A stretch of 64,000 nucleotides of DNA. Origin: an uncultured Planctomycetota bacterium. Its GTDB lineage: Bacteria; Planctomycetota; Planctomycetia; Pirellulales; PNKZ01. Below the pieces are notes generated by a model. The model saw nothing but the letters and a program-made list of their open reading frames with translations. It made no database searches and was not told the origin of the DNA. The stretch's first letter is position 1; each line of letters opens with the position of its first letter. The stretch covers positions 480,288 through 544,287 of the forward strand of contig CAVPTO010000003.1 in the NCBI GenBank assembly GCA_963708675.1, in the 5' to 3' direction. Shown here piece by piece: positions 1-8,405 of this stretch. Made by a program: the position numbers and the translations under genes.

Positions 1-75
1 ATAGATGAGGAAGATTCCCTGCGCCGTCGCGCCGTGCTGGCGATGACAGCGGTTGGCCATGATGAAGGTTTCGAA

Positions 76-1140
76 ATGAAAATCAGTCGCTCTCGCTTCA
101 TCGCTTGCGGCGTCGGAGTTCTGTTCGGCAGCGTTTCGATCGTCAAAGCGCAGACCACTGCACCGACGGTCGAGGAGATTGCCGCCGAGCGCGTCATTGA
201 AATTCCGTCGTCGAAGCGCACGGGTGAACCGCCCGTCGTCACGGCGCTGGCGATCAGCCCCGATGGCAAGATGATCGCCACCGGAGGCGACGACGGTATT
301 GTGCGCCTGTGGGATCGCGAAACGGTCGAGCTGAAGAACGAGCTGCGAGCGCACACCGACTGGGTGCGTGTCGCACGTTTCGAGCCGAACGGCAAATGGC
401 TTACGACGGCTGGCGACGACCGCCAGGTGCGACTGTGGAACATCGAGACTTCAGAAGGCTACGCTCTGCACAGCGGCCGCGCGTCGACCTACTGCATGGC
501 CATCTCCGCCGACGGCAAGAAACTGATCGAGGCCGGCTTCGACGATAAGATTCGCATTCACGACCTCGTCGAACGCAAGTTGTTGAAAGAGTTCGAAGCC
601 CCTTCGGCCGACATCCGCGCGATCGTCACCTCGCCGACCGTCACGACGGTCGCTGCCGCTGGCCGCAATGGCAAGATTCGCGTCTGGCGTGGTGAAGACC
701 TCACGGCAGGCGGCGACCTGGTGGCTCACCGTCAGCGCGTGCGAGCACTGGCCATCTCGCCGAACAACAAGCTATTGATCTCTGGCGGCGACGATCGCCA
801 GTTGATCGTCTGGGATCTCGACGCCGGGACTGAAGTTTTCCGTCTGCCGATGCGGCCGGCTAAGACTCAGGCACTCGTCTTCTGCGGCGATCGCCTGGTC
901 GCCAGCGGCGGCAGCGACAACGTCATTCGCATTTGGGATCTCGATCTGAAGACCGAGGTCGCCAAGCTCGTCGGTCACACAGGTTCGGTCAGCATGCTCG
1001 AGTACCATCCCACGACGACCGACCTGGTTTCGGCCAGCTTCGATACGTCGGTGCGGATTTGGAAGCTCATGAGCAATGAGAAGTTGAAGCTCGCACGACA
1101 GCATGCGGCTGACGCCACTCAGCCGGCCAGCACGCGGTAG
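76..1140 (+). CDS. Secreted WD40 (beta-propeller) repeat protein
   Basis: ORF 34..1140. The ATG at 76 gives a signal-peptide-like start, MKISRSRFIACGVGVLFGSVSIVKAQ. Seven WD-like units are present: GGDDGIVRLWD, AGDDRQVRLWN, GFDDKIRIHD, GRNGKIRVWR, GGDDRQLIVWD, GGSDNVIRIWD, SFDTSVRIWK. Confidence 0.85.
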   Translation: MKISRSRFIACGVGVLFGSVSIVKAQTTAPTVEEIAAERVIEIPSSKRTGEPPVVTALAISPDGKMIATGGDDGIVRLWDRETVELKNELRAHTDWVRVARFEPNGKWLTTAGDDRQVRLWNIETSEGYALHSGRASTYCMAISADGKKLIEAGFDDKIRIHDLVERKLLKEFEAPSADIRAIVTSPTVTTVAAAGRNGKIRVWRGEDLTAGGDLVAHRQRVRALAISPNNKLLISGGDDRQLIVWDLDAGTEVFRLPMRPAKTQALVFCGDRLVASGGSDNVIRIWDLDLKTEVAKLVGHTGSVSMLEYHPTTTDLVSASFDTSVRIWKLMSNEKLKLARQHAADATQPASTR

Positions 1141-1219
1141 TAGATATGCACGCGTGCCGCACGATGCGGCACGAAACGTCACAACGAACGTTTGCTCGAC
1201 ATCGACACGGAGGTTGCAC

Positions 1220-4200
1220 GTGGGCCTGCTCCAGCTCATGAACCAATGGCGTAGCCGCGGAATGCGCCGCCGCCGTTCTGAAGCGAAGTCCGCCGTCGTC
1301 GCGAACGGCTTCCGCCGTTGTCGCATCGAAGCGCTCGAGTCGCGGCAACTCATGGCCGCCGACCTCTATGCGGGCTCGGTTTATTTCGAGCCAGCCAACG
1401 GCACCGACAGCGTCGGCAATACGTTCACGATCAACTGGCAAGGCGGCGCCACGGGCACCGACATGTCGACGTTGACCATCAACCTCGACAAGAACCAGAA
1501 CGGGTCGATCGACGACGGCGAAGCCTTCTTCAACACCGTGCAAGGCGCGCCGGGCGTTTACGGCGCTACGCCGCTGACGATCCTCAGCCACAGCGGCTTC
1601 ACCGTCGACAGCGCCGTCGTGAGCAACGGCGGTCAGTCGCTCACGTTCACGTTCACCGGTTTCCAAAGCGGCGACACGCTGCAGTTCCAAATCGACGTCG
1701 ATGAGCAAGGCGTCGACGCGCAAGGCAATCAAAGCGTAAGCGCGGTCGTCGAAGGCAAAGAGTTCGAAGGTTCGATCCTCAGCGGTACGTTCACGAACCC
1801 GAACTACTACACCGCCACCGGCAGCGGCATTTATGTCGATGCGTTCAATTCCGAGCTGCAAGCCAGCGGACTCAATCTGCCGCCAGACAGCTACACGGGA
1901 GGCTACTTAAATCCGACCGGCACGACCGACGAAACCGTGTTCACGGCGGGCGTGATGTTCCCGGTCAATCAGATTCCGCTGCCCAGCAGCATCGCGGGCA
2001 ACGTGTCGTATGCGACCAACGGCGCTTGGAACGATCCCAACGCGACTTTCGTCAACATTTCCGGAGTGACGCTGCAACTGCTCGACGCCAACGGCAACGC
2101 AGTGCTCGACTCGAACGGTCACGCGATCACCACCACGACCGACGCCAACGGCAACTACGAGTTCGACAATCTCGGTCCTGGCACGTACCGCGTTCGCGAA
2201 ATCCAGCCGGCCGGTTACCTCGAAGGGGGCGACAAGATCGGTTCGCTCGGCGGCGCGATCGACAACATCGACGAGCTCGGCAGCATCACGGTCGTCGCCA
2301 ACGATCATGGCGTGCACTACGACTTCGTCGAGCAAGTGCCCGCGACCGTCAGCGGCAACGTCTACGTCATCACCAACGGCGATTGCGACGACCCGAACGC
2401 CACGAAGACCGCGATCGCCGGTGTCTCGCTGACGCTCGTCGATTCCAACGGCAACGCGGTGCTCGACGGCAACGGCCATGCGATCACGACCGTCACCGAC
2501 GCCAACGGCCATTACAGCTTCACCGGATTGAACCCCGGAACGTATGGCGTTCGCGAAACCGTGCCTGCCGGCTACATCGTCGGCTGCGATTACGTCGGCA
2601 CCGTCAACGGCACGCCGGTCGGCAGCAAGCCCGACGGCACCGACCTGACGAATATCCAGCTGTTCTCGGGACAGAACGGCATCAACTACAACTTCCACTT
2701 GCTGCTGCCGGTCAACATCTCGGGAACCGTCGACAGCGAAGTGCTCGGCAACTGCGTGGATCCGACCGCTGTCTACACGCCGCTTGCCGGCGTGACGGTC
2801 GTGTTGGTCGACGCTAATGGCAACAACGTGCTCGACGGCAACGGACACGCCATCACGACGGTCACCGACGTGAACGGCCACTACTCCTTCACCAATCTCG
2901 CGATCGGCACTTACGGCGTGCACATGATCATGCCGGCGGGTTACTACCAGGACGAATCGGACGTCGGCACCGTCTTGGGTGTGACGAAAGGCGTTTCGAC
3001 GACTCCGATCGCGCTCGACGACGTGCAGATGTATTCTGGTCAGAGCGGCATCAATTACAACTTCATCGTGCTGCCGCCGCCGAGCATCGCGGGCAAGGTG
3101 ATCTTTAATCAGGATGGCGACTGCGACCCAAGCCAGCCGGGTGTGGCAAACGTCACCGTAAACTTGCTCGACAGCAACGGTCACATCGTGATGACGACCA
3201 CGACCGACGCCAACGGCGAGTACATCTTCAAAGTCGTTCCGCCCGGCACCTACACGGTGCAAGAAATCGTGCCCGGCGGGTATTTGGAAGATGCCGCCCA
3301 CCCAGGGTGCAACGGCGGTGTTGTCATCAACCCGCACACAATCACGCTCGTGGGATTGAATCCCGGCGAGCATCCGGTGAACTACGACTTCTGCATCGAT
3401 CTGCCAGTCGACATCTCGGGCCAGGTGTTCGTGCAATCGAACGCGAACTGCGTCGTTGCGACATCGCTCGCGCCGCTTGCAGGCGTGACGGTCGTTCTTG
3501 TCGATAGCGCAGGCAACCAAGTCTTCGATGGCAACGGAAACGCGATCACCACTGTGACCGCTGCCGACGGCTCGTACTCGTTCAGCGGACTTCGCCACGG
3601 AACTTACGGCGTGCACATCTTGCAGCCGACGGGTTACTACCCTGGTTACTCCAACGTCGGCACGGTCAACGGCCTCACCGACGGCATCTCGACGTCATCC
3701 ATTGCCTTGGACGACGCCTTTCTCAATCAAGGCCAGCACGGCATCCATTACGACTTCGTCGTGCTGCCGCCCGCCACACTCGCCGGCAAAGTGATCTTCA
3801 ACACCGACGGCACCTGCGACCCGACGACCGAGCCAGGCGTGCCGAACGTGACCGTCAACTTGCTCGACGCCAACGGCAACGTTGTCGAAACGACGACCAC
3901 CGACGCGAACGGCCTATACTCGTTCACGCTCATTCCGCCGGGAACGTACACCGTGCAGGAAGTTGTGCCGGGCGGGTTCTTTGAACAGGCCGCCCACTTG
4001 GGATGCAACGGCGGTGTGATCCTCAATCCGCACACGATCACGCTCGTCGGCCTCAACCCCGGCGACCATCCGGTCAACTACGACTTCTGCATCATGACGC
4101 TGGGCACGATCAGCGGCTTTGCATTTCAAGATGGCAGCAACATTCAATTTGTCGGCGGCGACACGGTTACGTCACTCAGCCAGATTCCAGCGTCGTTGCT

Positions 4201-5689
4201 TGCGTCGCACGACGGCAAGCGCACGTCGGACGACACGATGCTCGCTGGCGTCGTCGTCACTTTGGCCGACGCCAACGGCGTTCCGCTGCACGACTCGCAC
4301 GGCAACCTGATTCAAACCACGACCGACGCCAACGGCCACTACATCTTCAAAAACTTACTGCCCGGGTCGTACACCGTCCTCGAAGGCGGCGCCGGCGGTT
4401 ACTTCCAGTGGATCAACACGCCAGGCAGCACCGGCGGCAACGCACCTTATTTGGGCAATGTCATCAACTCCGTCACGCTGACCGCCGGACAGAACTCGGT
4501 CGAAAACGATTTCAGCTTCGTGCGAGCGTCGAACTTCAGCTTCTTCCTGCCATTCAGCAACGTACTGCCGCCGCCGAATCCGACCTACGTGCTGCCGCAG
4601 AACCCGTATCTCGTGAATCCGCTACCGCAGGTGCTCGCGCCGAACCCGCAAAATCCGATCCCGCAGGGTAGCGGCGCCGACGGCTACACGTGGCACTTGA
4701 GCGTTATCAATGCCGGTCAGCCGCGCCAGTTGCAAAGCTTCGGCGACGCGGTCGCGCAGTTCACTGCTGCGGGCGTCGACATCGAAGGTTGGGCCAACGG
4801 TGCGCTCAAGGGTTCGACCTGGAAGTTGCGAACGCAAGGCGACGACGGCGACGAGATCATCACGTCGGTCACGTTCGGCATGATGGGTGGCCTGCCAGTG
4901 ACGGGCGACTTCGATGGCGACGGCCGCACCGACGTCGGTGTCTTCCTGCGAGGGCAGTGGTTCATCGACCTCAACGGCAACGGCTACTGGGACAACGAAG
5001 ACTTGTGGGCCAAGCTCGGCTATCAAGACGACCTGCCCGCGACCGGCGACTGGGACGGCGACGGCAAGACCGACATCGGCATCTTCGGCCGTGCCTGGCC
5101 GGGCGACCCGAACCACATTCACCACGAGCCCGGTCTGCCGCATCCCGACAACACGCGTCAAGGCCGACACAAGAACGTGCCGCCGCGTCCCGACCAGGCG
5201 ACGCACGGTGTGCGAACGATGCAACGCTCGAGCACGGGCAAGATGCGGGCCGACCTCATCGACCACGTGTTCCATTACGGTGTGCCAGGCGACATGCCAA
5301 TCGCCGGCGCTTTCAACGGGTCGGGCATCGACACGATCGGTGTCTTCCGCGATGGCCAGTGGCACCTCGACATCGACGGCGACGGCCGCTTCCAGCGCAG
5401 CGACCTGATGATCAGCATGGGCCAAGCCGGCGACATCCCGGTCATCGGCGACTTCAATGGTGACGGCATCGACGAGCTTGGCGTCTACCGCCAAGGCACG
5501 TGGTTGATCGACCTCAACGGCGATCACCAGATCGACGACGCCAACGACATGATCGTGGACTTCGGTGGACCGGCCGACCGACCGATCGTCGGCGACTGGG
5601 ACGGCGACGGCCGCGACGACATGGGCGTTTACCAAGAAGGCGTGAGCGACGACGGCGTAGCCGCGGCGCCGCAAGGCGATTTGAAATAG
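1220..5689 (+). CDS. Giant secreted repeat protein: 7 Cna-B/SdrD-B-like units followed by an FG-GAP/VCBS-type C-terminal module
   Basis: Long ORF 1103..5689. GGAGG at 1209-1213 precedes an in-frame GTG at 1220 (ATG alternatives at 1238 and 1262). The leader reads RRRRSEAK..RIEALESRQLMAAD. Seven ~110-120 aa units carry D(A/S)NGN..LD.NGH.ITT.TDANG.Y.F..L.PGTY.V.E..P.GY. The last ~330 aa carry GDFDGDGRTDVGVF, GDWDGDGKTDIGIF, GDFNGDGIDELGVY and GDWDGDGRDDMGVY motifs. Confidence 0.85.
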   Translation: MGLLQLMNQWRSRGMRRRRSEAKSAVVANGFRRCRIEALESRQLMAADLYAGSVYFEPANGTDSVGNTFTINWQGGATGTDMSTLTINLDKNQNGSIDDGEAFFNTVQGAPGVYGATPLTILSHSGFTVDSAVVSNGGQSLTFTFTGFQSGDTLQFQIDVDEQGVDAQGNQSVSAVVEGKEFEGSILSGTFTNPNYYTATGSGIYVDAFNSELQASGLNLPPDSYTGGYLNPTGTTDETVFTAGVMFPVNQIPLPSSIAGNVSYATNGAWNDPNATFVNISGVTLQLLDANGNAVLDSNGHAITTTTDANGNYEFDNLGPGTYRVREIQPAGYLEGGDKIGSLGGAIDNIDELGSITVVANDHGVHYDFVEQVPATVSGNVYVITNGDCDDPNATKTAIAGVSLTLVDSNGNAVLDGNGHAITTVTDANGHYSFTGLNPGTYGVRETVPAGYIVGCDYVGTVNGTPVGSKPDGTDLTNIQLFSGQNGINYNFHLLLPVNISGTVDSEVLGNCVDPTAVYTPLAGVTVVLVDANGNNVLDGNGHAITTVTDVNGHYSFTNLAIGTYGVHMIMPAGYYQDESDVGTVLGVTKGVSTTPIALDDVQMYSGQSGINYNFIVLPPPSIAGKVIFNQDGDCDPSQPGVANVTVNLLDSNGHIVMTTTTDANGEYIFKVVPPGTYTVQEIVPGGYLEDAAHPGCNGGVVINPHTITLVGLNPGEHPVNYDFCIDLPVDISGQVFVQSNANCVVATSLAPLAGVTVVLVDSAGNQVFDGNGNAITTVTAADGSYSFSGLRHGTYGVHILQPTGYYPGYSNVGTVNGLTDGISTSSIALDDAFLNQGQHGIHYDFVVLPPATLAGKVIFNTDGTCDPTTEPGVPNVTVNLLDANGNVVETTTTDANGLYSFTLIPPGTYTVQEVVPGGFFEQAAHLGCNGGVILNPHTITLVGLNPGDHPVNYDFCIMTLGTISGFAFQDGSNIQFVGGDTVTSLSQIPASLLASHDGKRTSDDTMLAGVVVTLADANGVPLHDSHGNLIQTTTDANGHYIFKNLLPGSYTVLEGGAGGYFQWINTPGSTGGNAPYLGNVINSVTLTAGQNSVENDFSFVRASNFSFFLPFSNVLPPPNPTYVLPQNPYLVNPLPQVLAPNPQNPIPQGSGADGYTWHLSVINAGQPRQLQSFGDAVAQFTAAGVDIEGWANGALKGSTWKLRTQGDDGDEIITSVTFGMMGGLPVTGDFDGDGRTDVGVFLRGQWFIDLNGNGYWDNEDLWAKLGYQDDLPATGDWDGDGKTDIGIFGRAWPGDPNHIHHEPGLPHPDNTRQGRHKNVPPRPDQATHGVRTMQRSSTGKMRADLIDHVFHYGVPGDMPIAGAFNGSGIDTIGVFRDGQWHLDIDGDGRFQRSDLMISMGQAGDIPVIGDFNGDGIDELGVYRQGTWLIDLNGDHQIDDANDMIVDFGGPADRPIVGDWDGDGRDDMGVYQEGVSDDGVAAAPQGDLK

Positions 5690-5718
5690 CCGCCACGGCG
5701 ACGTTGATTTTTCGCAAC

Positions 5719-5744
5719 GTTAGCCGCGTCGCTTGCGACGCGCT
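5719..5744. repeat. 26-nt GC-rich element GTTAGCCGCGTCGCTTGCGACGCGCT (single arm with internal GCGTCGC-TT-GCGACGC hairpin)
   Basis: Lies 30 nt after the stop of the 1220..5689 gene. The identical 26-mer forms both arms of the palindrome at 62768..62823. Confidence 0.7.
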
Positions 5745-5767
5745 TTGGGCGGTTATGTAATTGAATT

Positions 5768-5899
5768 AACCCCTCTCCCTTCGGGAGAGGGTGGCGGCGC
5801 AGCCGCCGGGTGAGGGCGGGTTGAAATAGAACGCGCCTACCAATTCAACCCGCCCTCATCCGCCGCTTCGCGGCACCTTCTCCCGGAGGGAGAAGGATT
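5768..5899 (+). repeat. ~130 bp multi-hairpin intergenic element, copy A
   Basis: Module order: CCCTCTCCC-ttcg-GGGAGAGGG, GGCGGC-gca-GCCGCC, GGGTGAGGGCGGGTTGAA..TTCAACCCGCCCTCATCC, GCCGC-ttc-GCGGC, CCTTCTCCC-ggag-GGGAGAAGG. It sits downstream of the stop at 5689. Confidence 0.85.
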
Positions 5900-6200
5900 T
5901 GAATCGTCACTCACGAATCAACACCAATTGCATTCATCGCGCGATATTCTTCGCGCATCTTGCGCCACCCTCAGGGTCGCATGCAGGCGAAATATTTTTC
6001 GCAATCCGATTGGACTCCCTAAAGTTTTCAACATACTTTTGTGATGCCGCTCGCGGAACGCTCGTTCCGGGTCGGCTCGAAAGTGCTGCTCGACTGGGTC
6101 GAGCGAACAAACGCCAAACCTTATCTCTACGGCGTTGTCGCGCGGCTGAGCAGCTCTATAATCGATTTCACCATTGCGATTGCACCTGGGAGTCATCTGT

Positions 6201-7437
6201 ATGTTCGTTCTTGCGCATGCGCGATTCTCGCGCGTTGTTCCGAAACTCTTCGGCCTCGCTCTTCTTTATTCGTTCGGCAGCACCGCATCGGCGCGCGTTG
6301 TCAACGATCCGCTTCAGCAAACGGCTCGCGTCAGTGCGCCGTTCGATCTCACGCTGCTTGAAGCACAACTGCCGCCTACGAACGAGCCGCTCGTTCCGGC
6401 GAGCTTCCCCGCACCATTGCGTGCCGCCGCCAAGGCGCATTACTGCAGCGGTGGCGAGACGGTTCCGTATGCGTGGCATCTGAGCGTCATCAACGGCGGC
6501 AACCCGCGCGGCGCGTTCACATCCGTGAGTGCATCGAACGACAATCATCCCAGCTTTCCGTGGCCCGAACGCGCAGTTCAATCAAGGACGCTTCGTGTTC
6601 AAGCCGTTAGGTGAGCACAGCAGCGAACAAACGATCGCACTCGGAACGCGTGACGGGATTCCAGTCTCGGGCGATTTCAATGGCGATGGCGTCGACGAGC
6701 TCGGCTTGTTCGTCAGCGGACAATGGTTCATCGACATCAACGGAGACGGCCGCTGGGATGACCAGGATCTGTGGGCACGGCTGGGCAAGGCCGGAGATCT
6801 TCCGGTCGTCGGCGATTGGGACGGCGACGGCAAGGCCGACATCGGGGTCTTCGGCCGCAGTTGGATGGGCGACACTCGCGCCGTCGATATCGAGCCAGGC
6901 TTGCCCGATGCCGACAACCGTCGCGAGGGCATGAAGAATTCGCCGCAGACGCACGTCCGCACGGTCGGCTATCGCATCCTTCGCAATACCGCGGGTGGCG
7001 ACTCGCGCACTGATGGCATCGACCATGTGTTCCAATTCGGTGCAGGCAGCGACATGCCGATCGTTGGCGACTGGAACGGCGACGGCATCGACAACATCGG
7101 CATCTTCCGCCGTGGTCACTGGGTGCTCGACATGGACGGCGATGGTCGCTTCACCGCCAACGACCGTGTGTTCCAGTTCGGCGATGAAGACGCTATGCCC
7201 GTCATCGGCGACTTCAACAGCGACGGCCTGGACGAGATCGGCGTGTATCGCCGCGGCGAGTGGACTCTCGATGCCGATGGCGATCGTCGGTCAAGCGAAG
7301 GCGATCTGCGCTTCACCTACGGCGAAGTCCACGATCTGCCTGTAGTCGGCAACTTCGACGGCGGTAATTTCGAAGGCAGCGGCTCACCGCGCTTCGGCGT
7401 GTACAGCCCGACGGTTGCTAACGACCGGAAGCTCTAG
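6201..7437 (+). CDS. FG-GAP/VCBS repeat protein, paralogue of the C-terminal module of the 1220..5689 gene; frame interrupted as assembled (pseudogene or assembly indel)
   Basis: ORF 6174..6614 holds a GGGAG Shine-Dalgarno, an ATG at 6201 and the signal peptide MFVLAHARFSRVVPKLFGLALLYSFGSTASA. Its YAWHLSVINGGNPRG matches YTWHLSVINAGQPRQ of the big protein. The homology continues in the +1 frame in ORF 6529..7437 (AQFNQG.., GDFNGDGVDELGLF, GDWDGDGKADIGVF). A stop at 6526-6528 in the second frame places the shift between 6529 and about 6556. Confidence 0.65.
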
Positions 7438-7545
7438 AAACTCTGTCGCACTCGAGTTCGGCTCTCCCAGGGGCCGAGCGCAATGGGGCGATCGCGGCGC
7501 TCGTGGCGCCGCGATCGCTTTTTTTGTTGGCGCTGTTCCCCTCTC

Positions 7546-7657
7546 CCCTTGCGGGAGAGGGGCTAGGGGTGAGGGGGATTGGATGCGTGTACACGCGTCG
7601 CCCCTCACCCGGTTCGTCTTCGACGAACCACCCTCTCCCGCAAGGGGAGAGGGTTTT
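7546..7657 (+). repeat. Multi-hairpin intergenic element, divergent copy B
   Basis: Hairpins: CCCCTCTCCCC-ttgc-GGGGAGAGGGG, GGGGTGAGGGGG..CCCCTCACCC, GGTTCGTC-ttc-GACGAACC, ACCCTCTCCC-gcaa-GGGGAGAGGGT. It lies between the convergent stops at 7437 (+) and 7661 (-). Confidence 0.75.
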
Positions 7658-7660
7658 GCA

Positions 7661-7831
7661 TCACGACCCCTTCAACTTCTCTAACTCCGCGGCAGTCTCG
7701 CTGATCTCTTTCTCGAGACGCCGCACTTCTTCCGGCTCGTCGGTCTGCTTCTTCACACCCGCCAACTGCAGACGCAACTTCTGCAGGCGTTGCTGAAGCA
7801 GGTCCATGCGTTTCTTAACCTTCTTGTCCAT
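7661..7831 (-). CDS. Small coiled-coil protein (hypothetical)
   Basis: ORF 7661..7852. The ATG at 7831 gives MDKKVKKRMDLLQQRLQKLRLQLAGVKKQTDEPEEVRRLEKEISETAAELEKLKGS, a heptad-like charged helix. It lies directly downstream of the membrane-protein gene on the same strand. Confidence 0.5.
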   Translation of the reverse strand: MDKKVKKRMDLLQQRLQKLRLQLAGVKKQTDEPEEVRRLEKEISETAAELEKLKGS

Positions 7832-7857
7832 CGTGCGATTCCGTAGTTGCAATTTCG

Positions 7858-8349
7858 CTATTGGGGCGACACGGTCGTCTCAACCGTGGTCGACGTCTTC
7901 GGTACGTGCGGCAGCCAGCGCATCGTGCCCGACACCATCACAAGCACGACCGCCATCGCCACATTCAGGTTCAACCAAAACTTGGCGTTCTGCCGAAATC
8001 GCTGAGCCCGTTGGCTGCGGCCGTTCAGCACGCTGGCGAGCCAAAAAATCGCGAACGCCAGCACGAGCTTCACGGTCAGCAGAACGTGATACTGCATCGG
8101 TAGCTTGTACTGCTTGAAGATCATCACCAGGTTGTAAAAACCGCTGACGAGTAGAAACAGAATCGCCGCGTTGACGAATACAAACCACCGCGAGCGAATG
8201 CCTTCCATGAATGATGCGCGTTGCGGCTCGGGCAACTCGGCGGCTGCGGGAAGCAGCGCGAATCGGGCGAAGATGGTTCCGCCTACGGCCGTGATCGCCG
8301 CGAGAATATGCATCCAGCGGAACAGTAGAAGAAGGATGTCAGTGATCAA
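7858..8349 (-). CDS. Integral membrane protein (about 4 TM segments), function unknown
   Basis: ORF of 163 aa with hydrophobic stretches ILLLLFRWMHILAAITAVGG, FVFVNAAILFLLVSGFYNLVMIF, VLLTVKLVLAFAIFWLASVL and LNLNVAMAVVLVMVSG. Confidence 0.7.
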   Translation of the reverse strand: MITDILLLLFRWMHILAAITAVGGTIFARFALLPAAAELPEPQRASFMEGIRSRWFVFVNAAILFLLVSGFYNLVMIFKQYKLPMQYHVLLTVKLVLAFAIFWLASVLNGRSQRAQRFRQNAKFWLNLNVAMAVVLVMVSGTMRWLPHVPKTSTTVETTVSPQ

Positions 8350-8405
8350 TGGGGGCGCTCCTGGTGCGGTGACTGCACGATCGTAAGTGGCGTGACGATC
8401 GTTGT

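Noticed and set aside
4860-5650. RTX/calcium-binding toxin repeats in the C-terminus of the giant protein
   Set aside because: The GDFDGDG/GDWDGDG motifs are spaced about 50-60 aa apart with intervening G(V/I)(F/Y) strands (FG-GAP/VCBS pattern). They are not tandem GGxGxDxUx nonapeptides, and no T1SS genes are nearby.
1067-5674. Long minus-strand and alternate-frame ORFs (1067..1861, 1907..3616, 4622..5674, 2026..2817 and others) overlapping the giant repeat gene
   Set aside because: They are Arg/Asp/Val/His-rich shadow ORFs typical of the antisense and off frames of a high-GC gene. They have no motifs, and the sense frame carries clear domain repeats.
7384-7684. Small ORFs inside the multi-hairpin elements (for example 7384..7608, 7415..7684, 41701..41889, 41778..42182, 44463..44705)
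   Set aside because: Their PLSPxGERG/PSPGGRR-type peptides are simply translations of the hairpin repeat in different frames and orientations.
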